The position numbers and the translations under genes are program-made. The notes beneath the pieces are model-generated. The model was given only the letters and a program-made list of their open reading frames with translations, had not been told where the DNA came from and did no database searches. A DNA stretch of 64,000 nucleotides from an uncultured delta proteobacterium (lineage in GTDB: Bacteria; Myxococcota_A; UBA9160; SZUA-336), in NCBI GenBank assembly GCA_963704165.1, contig CAVPHD010000001.1, positions 160,001 through 224,000 of the forward strand. Reading direction: 5' to 3'. This document shows, one piece after another, positions 21,644 to 30,577 of this stretch (within the stretch, counting starts at the first letter, position 1; each line of letters starts with the position of its first letter).

Positions 21644-21679
21644 GAATCCGGAAATATCGAAATCCCTGAACCGTGTCAA
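21634..21679 (-). promoter_or_regulatory. Putative sigma70 promoter and ArsR operator of the ars operon
   Basis: Minus strand TTGACA (21679-21674), 17-nt spacer, TATTTC (21656-21651). The AT-rich imperfect inverted repeat TTTCC-N8-GGAAT overlaps the ATG. Confidence 0.65.
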
Positions 21680-21725
21680 TTCCCGGTCCGAACCGGCCGC
21701 CCCCCCCGGGCTAGACTCCCGCGAA

Positions 21726-22814
21726 GTGAAGGCCCGACTTCTCGCGATCCTGCTCCCTCTCGCACTCGCGTTGGCCTGCAGCGCCGACGAGCCGACGCGC
21801 AAACCCGCTCCGATCCGGATCGACCCCATGGTCGATGCGAACTTTCCCCCCAAGGGCCCGATCGAGCTGCGCCCAACGGCGCCACCCGCGGAAGGAACGC
21901 TCTTTCAGCTGCAGCTGAAGTACGAGGGGCGCTCGGAAGCCCTGAACGAGGCCTCGAGCACGGCCACGCCCGAAACCCTCGACGAGCTGATGCAGCTCGA
22001 GCTCGACTACCGCCAGGTGCCGGTCGCCTCCCCCGACGAGGACAGCCTCGCCTCATCGCTCGTACTCGACGCCCTGCGCCGGCGGATGCGCGCATCCCCG
22101 CCCGGTGCGGAGATCAGCCTCGAGATCGGCGACGACCGAATTCGCGCCCAGGCCGACGACAAGATCGACGTCGATCTGCGCGGCGCGCAGCCGAAGGGTG
22201 ACCTGACCCCGCGCGCGGTCCTGAACCGGCCCTTCGCGCTGCTCGTCAGCGACCTGCGAGGGGGCCCGAAGAGCGTGACGCTCCGCGGCATCCCATCGGC
22301 GAAACGGCTGCTCGCGTCGCTGCCGATCCGCGAGTCGATCGGCTGGGTTCAGGTCGAGTTCCCGGACGGGCCGGTCCTCGCGGGAGAGAGCTGGACCGCA
22401 AAGCGATTCCTCCCGAACGCGATCGGCCGGCTCGGCGTCGGCATCGAGATCGAGTACCGCCTGGTCGGATTCGAGCGCGTGGACGGGGTGCCGTGCGCGC
22501 GCGTGTCGCTGCGCGCGAAGAAGGACACCGAGAACGCGCCGAGCGAGTTCGGCTTCACGTTCGAGCAGCTGCGCTACGAGGTCAGCGGTGACGCGTGGAT
22601 CTCGCTCGCAAACTCGGAAGTCCAGATGCTTCGAGTCGAGGACATCGCAGCGGTCAGCTACCGCCGCACCACCGGCACGACACCAGCGCGATTCCGCGCC
22701 CGCTACGAAGGACGCGCATCGCTCGAACGGTTGGCGGTCGAGACGACGTCGAGCCTGGCTTGGGCGGATGGCACCAAGCGCTTCGCCGAAGTGAACACGA
22801 CGCGCCGGAAGTGA
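21726..22814 (+). CDS. Hypothetical lipoprotein (beta-strand-rich)
   Basis: Lipobox LALAC after a hydrophobic leader. Alternating beta patterns such as IEYRLVGFERVDGVPCARVSL. Confidence 0.7.
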   Translation: MKARLLAILLPLALALACSADEPTRKPAPIRIDPMVDANFPPKGPIELRPTAPPAEGTLFQLQLKYEGRSEALNEASSTATPETLDELMQLELDYRQVPVASPDEDSLASSLVLDALRRRMRASPPGAEISLEIGDDRIRAQADDKIDVDLRGAQPKGDLTPRAVLNRPFALLVSDLRGGPKSVTLRGIPSAKRLLASLPIRESIGWVQVEFPDGPVLAGESWTAKRFLPNAIGRLGVGIEIEYRLVGFERVDGVPCARVSLRAKKDTENAPSEFGFTFEQLRYEVSGDAWISLANSEVQMLRVEDIAAVSYRRTTGTTPARFRARYEGRASLERLAVETTSSLAWADGTKRFAEVNTTRRK

Positions 22815-22819
22815 AACGA

Positions 22820-22843
22820 CCCGATCGCCGCGAGGCGACCGGG
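22820..22843 (-). terminator. Hairpin between convergent genes, probable terminator of the DUF1302 gene
   Basis: CCCG-A-TCGCC GCGA GGCGA-C-CGGG stem-loop, followed by T-rich TCGTTTCACTT on the minus strand. Confidence 0.5.
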
Positions 22844-22872
22844 CCGCATTCACCCGTTTGGGCGAGCGTGAC

Positions 22873-25152
22873 TCAGAACTGGTAGGTCACTCCCATCCAG
22901 ACCTCGTCGCGCTTCTCCATCATGTTGTCGGCGAAGCTCTCTTTGCCGAACCACGGACCCTCGGCGTAGCGGCGGAAGTCCTCGTTGATCAGCTGCCAGT
23001 TGCCCGAGTTCCAGGTGGTCGGATCGGCCAGGCAATCCGTGCCGCCGCTCGGACAGATGTCGCGGATGTTGTGCACTTCCTTTCCGCCCTGGATCAGGTT
23101 GATTCCGACCTCGAACGAGATGCGGTCGTTCATCACCCACTTCAGCTTCGGACCGGTGATCCAGCCGTGCGACGCCCAGTCGTAGGCGACGAAGTTCGTG
23201 AGGATGATCGAGTCGTTGCGCCAGTAGTTCTCGATGAAGAACGTCGAGATGACGTTGTTCTCGAACTGCGTCATGCCGCGCCGGTTGTTCCCGTCGTAGT
23301 CCATGATGTGCTCGACGAAGGTCTGGAACGACACGAACGCGGTGCGGTCCTTGTTCAGGATCGGGATGAAGAAGCTGCGATCGAGACCGATCGCCGCGAG
23401 CAGCACGTCGCTGCTGTCGATACCGTCGACCTTGTTCGTGTTGTTGATCTTGCGATCGAAGTCGTAGGCCGTCTCGACCCGCAAGACGGTGTCGATGCCG
23501 GGGATCTGGTAGTCCGCCGATCCACCGAGCGTGAACGTGCGCGGATACTCGAGCTCGACCTGGCTCGTCGACCAGATCCACCCCAGCGGCTGGAGTCCGG
23601 TGCCCGAGTAGCAGAGGGGATCGGAACCGCATGCGGGCCCGAGAACTCCGGTCCAGTACCCGAGCGCGGTAGCGCTCGCGGTATTGACCGAGGTCTCGTC
23701 GTAGGGGTTGAAGCCGGGAATGATTCCATCCGCTGGGCCTCCCGCGAAGAGCGCCTGCAGGAAGAGCATCATCGCGGGGTTCGGGTTGGCCGTGCTGTAG
23801 TGGTTCTTGAAGCGAGCGACCGGGATGTCCTGGATGCCCCAGAAGCCCGAGAGCGAGAACGCGATCGACGGCTCCGGGATCCGGAACTCGAAGCGGAAGC
23901 CGGGCTCGGTGTTTCCGAGCGTCCAGTTCCGCTCGTCGACCGATCCGACGGACAGGTTCAAGAGGCCGTGGCTTCCGACGTCGGCGCGGCCCTCGCACGC
24001 GGCCGTGAACGCCCAGAAGTCACCGCACTGCCCGACCTGAATCGGCTTGAAGCGATCGACGACCCAGACGAGCTCGAGCGAGAAATCCTGAAGCGGCCCG
24101 ACCGTGCCAAAGCTGTGGATGAGGTCGAGCGAGAGCGACGGGATGCGCCGGTCTTCGAGCGACGGGAAGACGTTGTGGCTGCCGACGTCGATCGGATTCA
24201 CGAGATCCTGAAGGCGGAACGCGTCGGTCTTGCCCCAGACGATCTGCTGGCGGCCCATACGCAATTGCGTGTCCTTGTACTTGAGCTCGAGGTACGCCTC
24301 GCGCGCCCAGCACCAGTCGTGCACACCGTCGAAACAGCGCGTCGAGAGCTCCCCATCGGTGTGATTGATGCCGTACGGGGCCTGCTTGTCGATCGAGTTG
24401 CGGTCGCCCTTCAGGGCGCGGCCTCCGAAGGAGTAGATGTTCGTCCCTTGCGGCAGGCCGAGCCCCGCCAGGTGGGCGTCGCCCTGCTCGACCGAATCGA
24501 GGAACGTGCTGGTCGCCGAGGTCAGCCCGAGGCCGTAGAGCGTGTCGGCCGCGATGTTCCACGCCTTCGCGTCCGAGTTCCCGCCGAGCATGCCCTGATC
24601 GGAGCCGCGCGTCCGCGAGGCCGCGCCGAGGATCCCGAAGAAGATCGTGTTGTCGAAGACGAACTGCGGGTTGTTCTTGCCGGTGAAGAAGTTCGCCGTA
24701 TCGGCCGCGGTGTCGCAGAAGCCGCCGTTGATGCAGACGCCGGAGCCCGGGAAGTTGTTTCCCTCGATCGCATCCTTGGCGTTTGCCGCGGTCTGCGTGC
24801 CCGCCGCGCCCGACCGGCGTCGGTCGCCGAAGTAGTGCGGATACAGATCGTAGACCGCGTCGTACGTCGGCGTGACGATCCCGTGGAAGCTCACATCGAA
24901 GTCGGAGTCGGTGTACAGCCGGACGTCGAAGTTCATCTCGAGAGTGTTCATCCACTGCGTCATCTGAAAGTCTTTGGAGAGACTCGGCGAGTTGAAATAC
25001 ACGCTCGAGTTCGCCTTGCCGTGCAGCTCGAAGTTCTCCGACCACCAATCCGCCTGCGCGACGCTCGCCATCGAGAGCCCGATCATCACCCCCAGCAGCG
25101 GAGAGATCACGCGCACGACTCGCGACCTCGTCAGGTCCACCCTCTTCGTCAT
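22873..25152 (-). CDS. DUF1302-family outer-membrane beta-barrel protein
   Basis: Signal peptide. YDAVYD, REAYLE, RMGRQQIVWGKTD.FRLQDLVNP.D. C-terminal aromatic motif VTYQF. Context with MMPL, YCF48 and DUF1329. Confidence 0.8.
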   Translation of the reverse strand: MTKRVDLTRSRVVRVISPLLGVMIGLSMASVAQADWWSENFELHGKANSSVYFNSPSLSKDFQMTQWMNTLEMNFDVRLYTDSDFDVSFHGIVTPTYDAVYDLYPHYFGDRRRSGAAGTQTAANAKDAIEGNNFPGSGVCINGGFCDTAADTANFFTGKNNPQFVFDNTIFFGILGAASRTRGSDQGMLGGNSDAKAWNIAADTLYGLGLTSATSTFLDSVEQGDAHLAGLGLPQGTNIYSFGGRALKGDRNSIDKQAPYGINHTDGELSTRCFDGVHDWCWAREAYLELKYKDTQLRMGRQQIVWGKTDAFRLQDLVNPIDVGSHNVFPSLEDRRIPSLSLDLIHSFGTVGPLQDFSLELVWVVDRFKPIQVGQCGDFWAFTAACEGRADVGSHGLLNLSVGSVDERNWTLGNTEPGFRFEFRIPEPSIAFSLSGFWGIQDIPVARFKNHYSTANPNPAMMLFLQALFAGGPADGIIPGFNPYDETSVNTASATALGYWTGVLGPACGSDPLCYSGTGLQPLGWIWSTSQVELEYPRTFTLGGSADYQIPGIDTVLRVETAYDFDRKINNTNKVDGIDSSDVLLAAIGLDRSFFIPILNKDRTAFVSFQTFVEHIMDYDGNNRRGMTQFENNVISTFFIENYWRNDSIILTNFVAYDWASHGWITGPKLKWVMNDRISFEVGINLIQGGKEVHNIRDICPSGGTDCLADPTTWNSGNWQLINEDFRRYAEGPWFGKESFADNMMEKRDEVWMGVTYQF

Positions 25153-25234
25153 ACTCCCTCCTCACAGCCCGCTACGAGCTGTCTCCCCAGTATTCCAGAA
25201 CCTGCCAAAATTCCCTTCGGAATTCGCGCCCACA

Positions 25235-25987
25235 TCACCGATTCTGCGCGTCCTTTTTCGGAAAGTCGAAGTCCAGAAGTGTCTGCTCGACCATCTGCGC
25301 TCCGCCCTCGCGCTCGTTCTTCGTGACGCTCCGCAGCAATCCGACGCCGCGCGCGTAGTAATCCAGATAGGAGAGGAGCGGCGCGTCCGGGTGAACGGAC
25401 GCGTCCCAGTACTCCGACTCGACCAGGAGCACGTCCGCAAATCTTCCCGCCGGAACGACGAGCTCGGCGATGGATTTGGTCCGACCCGTCCATTTGATCA
25501 GGCCACCGCCACCGTTCTCGGGCTGCTGAAGGAGCCGCGTCTCGTGGGTCCACGAAGCCCCGGGAGAGGCGTCGATCGGCATCACGCGAGCGGGATCCTC
25601 TTCGCCGAGCATTCGCAGCCGATCCGGAGTTCGGTAGTCGAGTCCGGTGTAGCGGCAGAGAAAGCCGTCGCGAGCGACGTACGCGGTGGGCCCGACCTCG
25701 GCAATTCCGAGCGCGTCCGCGCCGAGCGCGTGCTCGTCCATGATGAAGGCGACGCCGGGAAGGCCTTCGACCGCGCTGTCGCCGCGCGCGAAGACCTCGA
25801 CTTCGACGCCGCCGATCGCAAGCGCGTACTTGTAACGCCAGTGCGCACCGACCACGAGCGGGAAGTACTCGTTCGCCGCGACCCCCGAAGCGCGCGTGGG
25901 TGGCGAGGAGTCGCATGCGCCGACCAGCCCCCCGAGCCCGCAGAGCAGAGCCAGAGCGAGCACCGGGCGGCGACGCGCTACGCCCAT
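25235..25987 (-). CDS. Hypothetical lipoprotein (YFPL..G..W.Y / VPAG.F family, DUF3108/TapB-like)
   Basis: Lipobox VGAC. EYFPLVVGAHWRY, VVPAGRFADV, YYARGVGL. Paralog of 34082-34819. Confidence 0.75.
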   Translation of the reverse strand: MGVARRRPVLALALLCGLGGLVGACDSSPPTRASGVAANEYFPLVVGAHWRYKYALAIGGVEVEVFARGDSAVEGLPGVAFIMDEHALGADALGIAEVGPTAYVARDGFLCRYTGLDYRTPDRLRMLGEEDPARVMPIDASPGASWTHETRLLQQPENGGGGLIKWTGRTKSIAELVVPAGRFADVLLVESEYWDASVHPDAPLLSYLDYYARGVGLLRSVTKNEREGGAQMVEQTLLDFDFPKKDAQNR

Positions 25988-25994
25988 CCTTTCG

Positions 25995-28900
25995 CTAGTC
26001 CCGCTTCTCTTCCGCGGGGCCCGCCGCGAACTCGGGCCGGAACACGGCCGTGAACGCGGGGACGAGCAGCATGGCACCGATCATGTTCCCGATCAGCACC
26101 ACCGACAGAAGCAGGCTCATGTCCGCGGCAAAGCGCAAGCTCGAGATGAAGTACCAGAAGATGATGCCGCCCACCAACGTCGAGGCGGTGAAAAACACGG
26201 CCATGCCCGTGGTCTGGATCGCGATCCGCACGGCCTCGACCACATCGTGCCCGCGTTTCCGCTCGTGGACCACCCGATCCATGATGTACAGCGCGTAGTC
26301 GACCCCGACGCCGACGCCGAGCGCCTGGACCGGCAGCGTGTTCACGTCGAAGCCGATCCCGGTCCAGTACATGTAAGCGAGCGACACGAGCGCCGCGGTG
26401 CCGAGCGACAAGATCAGATACAGCGCGATCGAGAACGCGCGGTAGGAAATCCACACGATCATGAACGTCGTGAAGAACGAGGCGATCAGCGTGGCGTTGT
26501 TGCTGCCCTCGACCTCTTCGTTGCTCGCCGCGAGCACGCCCATCAGCCCGGACGCGAGCGCGAAGCTCGTCCCCTCGGCCCAGCGCCCCGACTCACGGCG
26601 CTCGTAGTCTCCAGACTGGTATTTCACCCAAAGCTCGTACGGCTCGTACAGGCCGCGCTTTCGCACCTGCGCGTTCACGCCGCGCTCGGGCGAACCCCAC
26701 TCCGCGACGACGTCGAACTTGCGCCGGTCGAGCTCCGCCGCGTTGATCAGCGCGTAGGCGGTGACGAGGTCGAAGCCCTCGACCTCTGCGATCTCCTCGA
26801 CGTCCGCGTTCGCGATCTTGGTGACCGTGTCGTAGCCGCTCTCGACGAGCACCTCACGAAGCTCGCGCGTCATCCGCGGAAGCGTGAGGATGCGGGCCTG
26901 GGAGTCCTCGGGGGCCGGGTCGGTGCGATCCGGGGACTCGACCTGCTGCTTCTCGTACTGCCCGTCGGGCTGTTGCAGGTAGACACCGAGCTCGACCGGC
27001 CGAGGCGGAAGCAGTGGTCCGATCCACCAGAAGACCGTCGCGATCCAGTCGTCCTCGGGAACCTCGAGCCGCACGGCGACCTTCCCGGTCGGGCGCGCCT
27101 TGAGATAGCCCTTGATGCGCTCGACCGCGTGGCGAATCGTGTCGCCCTGGTGGTCGCCGTAGAAGAGCCGGATCGCGGCATTGCGCGCGACCTGATCGCG
27201 CACCGGATTCAGCACGCGGGGATCGGGCGATCCCGCTTCGTACAGATACAGGAGTCCGCCGATCTCCTGCGGCGTGTAGGGAATGGTCGACCAGCGCGGA
27301 TCCGCGTTGTGGAACGTGCGGTTGATCGCCTTCAGGTACTCGACGATCGAGAGCGTGCCGCCGACACCGGGCTCCTGCTCCATGAAGCGCTGGAACGCCT
27401 CGATCTCGGTCATGACCTCGGGCCGGTGGATGCCGCCCTCCATCTCCGTCTCGACCACGATCGTCAACTCGTCCGCGCCGTAGAAACGCTTGCTGATCGC
27501 CGCCGAGGACTGGTTGAACTCGTGGTCCGGCCAGAGGATCGGCGTGCCCGGCCGCGACTCGCCGACCTTCACGTACGGCGCGACGACGAACGACGAGACC
27601 ACGATCACGAGCCAGACCGCTAGGATCACGCGCGCGGAGCGGGGCTCGGTCGCCCAGCGCGACATCACTCGCAGGATCTTCACGACCGGCGCGGGCACGT
27701 AGTGTTCCGTGCTCTTGGGCGCGGGGAAGTAGGCGATCATGAGCCGGTTCAGGAGCATCTCCGTCACCGCGATCGAGAGCGCCCAGAACGCGCCGACCAA
27801 CGCCACCTTCTTCATCAGCGCGATCGACGAGACGTAGATCACGAGGATGCCGAAGGCGTCGGTCAGGATCGCGAGCGAGCCGGGCAAGAGGAGCTCGGCC
27901 ATCGACGAGATCACGGCTTCGTCCTTGTCGCCGTTCAGGCGCTCGTACTCCTCGTAGAAGCGCTCGACGAACTGCACCGAGTGACTCACCGCACGCGCGG
28001 TGATCAACATCGGAATCACGAGCACGAGCGGCTCGAGCTGGTATCCGACGAGCGACGTGAAGCCGAGGCCCCAGACCGCCGAGACGACCGCGCCCGTGAA
28101 CGGCATCGCGATGCCATAGAAGCGCCGGAAGTAGACCGCGAGCAGGATCAAGAGGATCGCGAGCGAGAGCAGGAGGATCAGGATGATCTCGGGCAGGAAC
28201 TCGAAGGTCCAGCCGGTCAGGATCGGCTGCCCCGTCAGATGGACCTCGGCCGAGCCATCGGCCTCGAGCTCGAGCTTGAGCTCGTAGATCTCCTTGAAGA
28301 TCGCGGAGTAATCGAGTCGGCCCTCGATGAAGCCGGCCGACACCAGCGCCGCTTGATCGTCGAGTGACACGAGCCGACCGAAGACCTGTTTGTTCTGGTG
28401 GATCCGGTCGGGGAGCGTGGCCATGATCTCGCTCGGGATCAGATTCCCGTCGGGACCGGAGAGCTCCTCGCCCCGGAGCTCGTAGCCGGGGGGCAGCTCT
28501 TCGAGGCGCAGGATCAGAAACTCGATCTGCGCGTTTTCCTTGCGCAGCAGGCGAAGGCGCTCGGCCTCCTTGCGATCCTTCATCTGCTCGAGCCGAAGCG
28601 CCCGCGTGGGTCCGAGCTCCGCGACGAGCTCGTCCTTCCGCTTCGCCGCGTGTGCGCGCAGCTCTTCGAGGGTGGTCGGCACCGGCTCGGTCTTCCGGCT
28701 CGCGGCGATCCGGAGCGTCCGGCGAGTGAAGAACTGCGCCTCGAGCAGAGCGATGGCCTGCTCGCCGATGATCTGCGTCGACCGCATGATCCCTTCGCGG
28801 TCCACTTCCTGGTCCCGGATCGTGATCGCGGTGATCGACGAGATCTGTCCGTGATCGACGCCCTCGACCTTGTCGATCTGGTCGGTGAACGCGAAGACCT

Positions 28901-29165
28901 TCTCGAGGAACTGCTCGTCGTAGATCGTGCCGCTCTTCGCGATGATCGCGGCGGTGACGACGTTCGCGCTCCCGAACTGCCGGTTGTACTTCTCGTAGAC
29001 CTGGATGAACGCGTGATTGCGCGGCAGCAGATCGACGAACTGGCTGAACACCTGCAGCTGCAGCGCGTGGTAGCCGAAGAAGAGCGTCGCCGCGCCAATG
29101 ATGGCGAGGTTGACCCCGCGGTACTTGATGAAGAACCGCGAGAAGCGGACCGCGAACTGATCCAT
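25995..29165 (-). CDS. MMPL/RND-family transporter with two large insertions (1056 aa)
   Basis: Two repeats of one TM helix, a periplasmic domain and about 5 TM helices. DLLPRNH, ARAVSHSVQF, AILTDAFG, GVGVGVDYALY, TTGMAVFFTASTL. Confidence 0.92.
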   Translation of the reverse strand: MDQFAVRFSRFFIKYRGVNLAIIGAATLFFGYHALQLQVFSQFVDLLPRNHAFIQVYEKYNRQFGSANVVTAAIIAKSGTIYDEQFLEKVFAFTDQIDKVEGVDHGQISSITAITIRDQEVDREGIMRSTQIIGEQAIALLEAQFFTRRTLRIAASRKTEPVPTTLEELRAHAAKRKDELVAELGPTRALRLEQMKDRKEAERLRLLRKENAQIEFLILRLEELPPGYELRGEELSGPDGNLIPSEIMATLPDRIHQNKQVFGRLVSLDDQAALVSAGFIEGRLDYSAIFKEIYELKLELEADGSAEVHLTGQPILTGWTFEFLPEIILILLLSLAILLILLAVYFRRFYGIAMPFTGAVVSAVWGLGFTSLVGYQLEPLVLVIPMLITARAVSHSVQFVERFYEEYERLNGDKDEAVISSMAELLLPGSLAILTDAFGILVIYVSSIALMKKVALVGAFWALSIAVTEMLLNRLMIAYFPAPKSTEHYVPAPVVKILRVMSRWATEPRSARVILAVWLVIVVSSFVVAPYVKVGESRPGTPILWPDHEFNQSSAAISKRFYGADELTIVVETEMEGGIHRPEVMTEIEAFQRFMEQEPGVGGTLSIVEYLKAINRTFHNADPRWSTIPYTPQEIGGLLYLYEAGSPDPRVLNPVRDQVARNAAIRLFYGDHQGDTIRHAVERIKGYLKARPTGKVAVRLEVPEDDWIATVFWWIGPLLPPRPVELGVYLQQPDGQYEKQQVESPDRTDPAPEDSQARILTLPRMTRELREVLVESGYDTVTKIANADVEEIAEVEGFDLVTAYALINAAELDRRKFDVVAEWGSPERGVNAQVRKRGLYEPYELWVKYQSGDYERRESGRWAEGTSFALASGLMGVLAASNEEVEGSNNATLIASFFTTFMIVWISYRAFSIALYLILSLGTAALVSLAYMYWTGIGFDVNTLPVQALGVGVGVDYALYIMDRVVHERKRGHDVVEAVRIAIQTTGMAVFFTASTLVGGIIFWYFISSLRFAADMSLLLSVVLIGNMIGAMLLVPAFTAVFRPEFAAGPAEEKRD

Positions 29166-29197
29166 GGGCTCGATCCTCTGGGTTTCGGTGCCCGGGT

Positions 29198-30343
29198 TCA
29201 GGGAACGCCGGACGCAGGCGAAGCGGCTCCGGGGGTCGATTCCCGATTGCCGCCAATTCCGGTGAGTGGCGGCTCAGGCGCCGTGGACGTGGTCGGAGTC
29301 ACCGCCGCAATCCATGACTCCCCGCCGTCCTCGGAGCGGAGGACGAGCCCTCGCTCGCCCACCACGATCGCCTCGGTCTGGCTCGCGAACGTCACCGCGG
29401 AGAGCCAGTTGAAGAGCGGCGGGCGTTCGGCATCTCGCCAGCTTCGGCCCCCGTCGCGCGAGATGTAGATCACGCCGCGGTTGCCGACGGCGATGCCGTG
29501 TTCGCCACTCCAGGCGATTCCGAACAGACCGGCCGTGGTCTCGACCGAGCGCGACTCCCAGACTCGGCCCGAATCACTCGACACGAGCACGCTGCCCGCG
29601 AGACCGACCGCCGCGGCCGGGCCCGTGCCGGCGCCGGACAGGTCGAAGAGGTAGAGGTCGTCGGGTGCACCGTGGATCTCCCGCTCCCCCGTCCATGTCT
29701 CGCCGCCATCGCGGGTTCGAAGCAGGGTCGCGAACTCGCCGGCGATCCACCCGTCCGTCGGGCTGGTGAAGGCCACCGCGTTCAGCAATCGCTCCAGCAC
29801 GTTCTCGTCCGCATACTGCACCGCGTCAAAAGACACGCTCTCCCATCTCTCGCCATCGCGGGTTCGCAACACGACTCCGAGATCCCCGACCGCGAACGCG
29901 TGCGTCGAGGAGATCGCCGCAACACTGAACAGGTTCGTGTCGAGCGGACGCGCATCGCCCATCTCGTCCGTGAGCAAAACGGGTTGCAGCGTCCAGGACG
30001 CGCCACCGTCCGACGAGCGCAGGATCGTGCCGTTGGCGCCCACCGCCCAGCCGGTCTGCTCGTCGGCGAATGAAACGCCAAAGAGCGTGTTCGCCGTCGG
30101 CGTGTCGGGCTGCATCCAGGTGCGCCCCGCGTCGGTCGAGCGCAGGATCGTTCCCCAATATCCTCCGGCCCAGGCGTTCTGACCGTGCGACGTCACGGCG
30201 TAGAGGTTGGCTGCGGGCAACTTCCAGGTTTCGAATCGAGCCGGATCGAGAGCCGCGTGGACGGAGAAAGCACCGATCAGGCCGAGCAGGACGCTCAGGG
30301 CGACCCACACCGGATGGCCGTTCAACGATCGACGCCAGTTCAT
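29198..30343 (-). CDS. YCF48/BNR-repeat beta-propeller protein
   Basis: Repeated G.IL.S.DGG.(S/T)W Asp-box units and a signal peptide. Directly upstream of the MMPL gene. Confidence 0.9.
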   Translation of the reverse strand: MNWRRSLNGHPVWVALSVLLGLIGAFSVHAALDPARFETWKLPAANLYAVTSHGQNAWAGGYWGTILRSTDAGRTWMQPDTPTANTLFGVSFADEQTGWAVGANGTILRSSDGGASWTLQPVLLTDEMGDARPLDTNLFSVAAISSTHAFAVGDLGVVLRTRDGERWESVSFDAVQYADENVLERLLNAVAFTSPTDGWIAGEFATLLRTRDGGETWTGEREIHGAPDDLYLFDLSGAGTGPAAAVGLAGSVLVSSDSGRVWESRSVETTAGLFGIAWSGEHGIAVGNRGVIYISRDGGRSWRDAERPPLFNWLSAVTFASQTEAIVVGERGLVLRSEDGGESWIAAVTPTTSTAPEPPLTGIGGNRESTPGAASPASGVP

Positions 30344-30577
30344 CGTACCCCCACGAGATCCGAGCGGATGGATGCCGCGTATCATCGTTAGGACCGTGCG
30401 CAGGGTCAACCGGGATGCTCGGGGTCGGGACTGAGAACGCAGGAATCCGCTTCACATGCTTGAAAGCCAGCGAATCAGCGCGCATCATCAGGTTTCAAGT
30501 CGGGGTGGCCGTTACGTTCGTGGCGGCTGCGTGTTGGGCTGCGACCGACGCAGTGGAATCTAGTGGAGGGAGGTCCG

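Noticed and set aside
22858..25326. Long antisense and alternate-frame ORFs (for example the 822-aa + strand ORF and many Arg/Ala-rich ORFs window-wide)
   Set aside because: These are shadows of real genes in high-GC DNA, where stop codons are rare. They show no motifs.
30459..30499. Inverted repeat CTTGAAA-N27-TTTCAAG in the YCF48/DUF1329 divergent promoter
   Set aside because: Only 7-bp arms with a long spacer and no second copy seen, so it cannot be told from chance.
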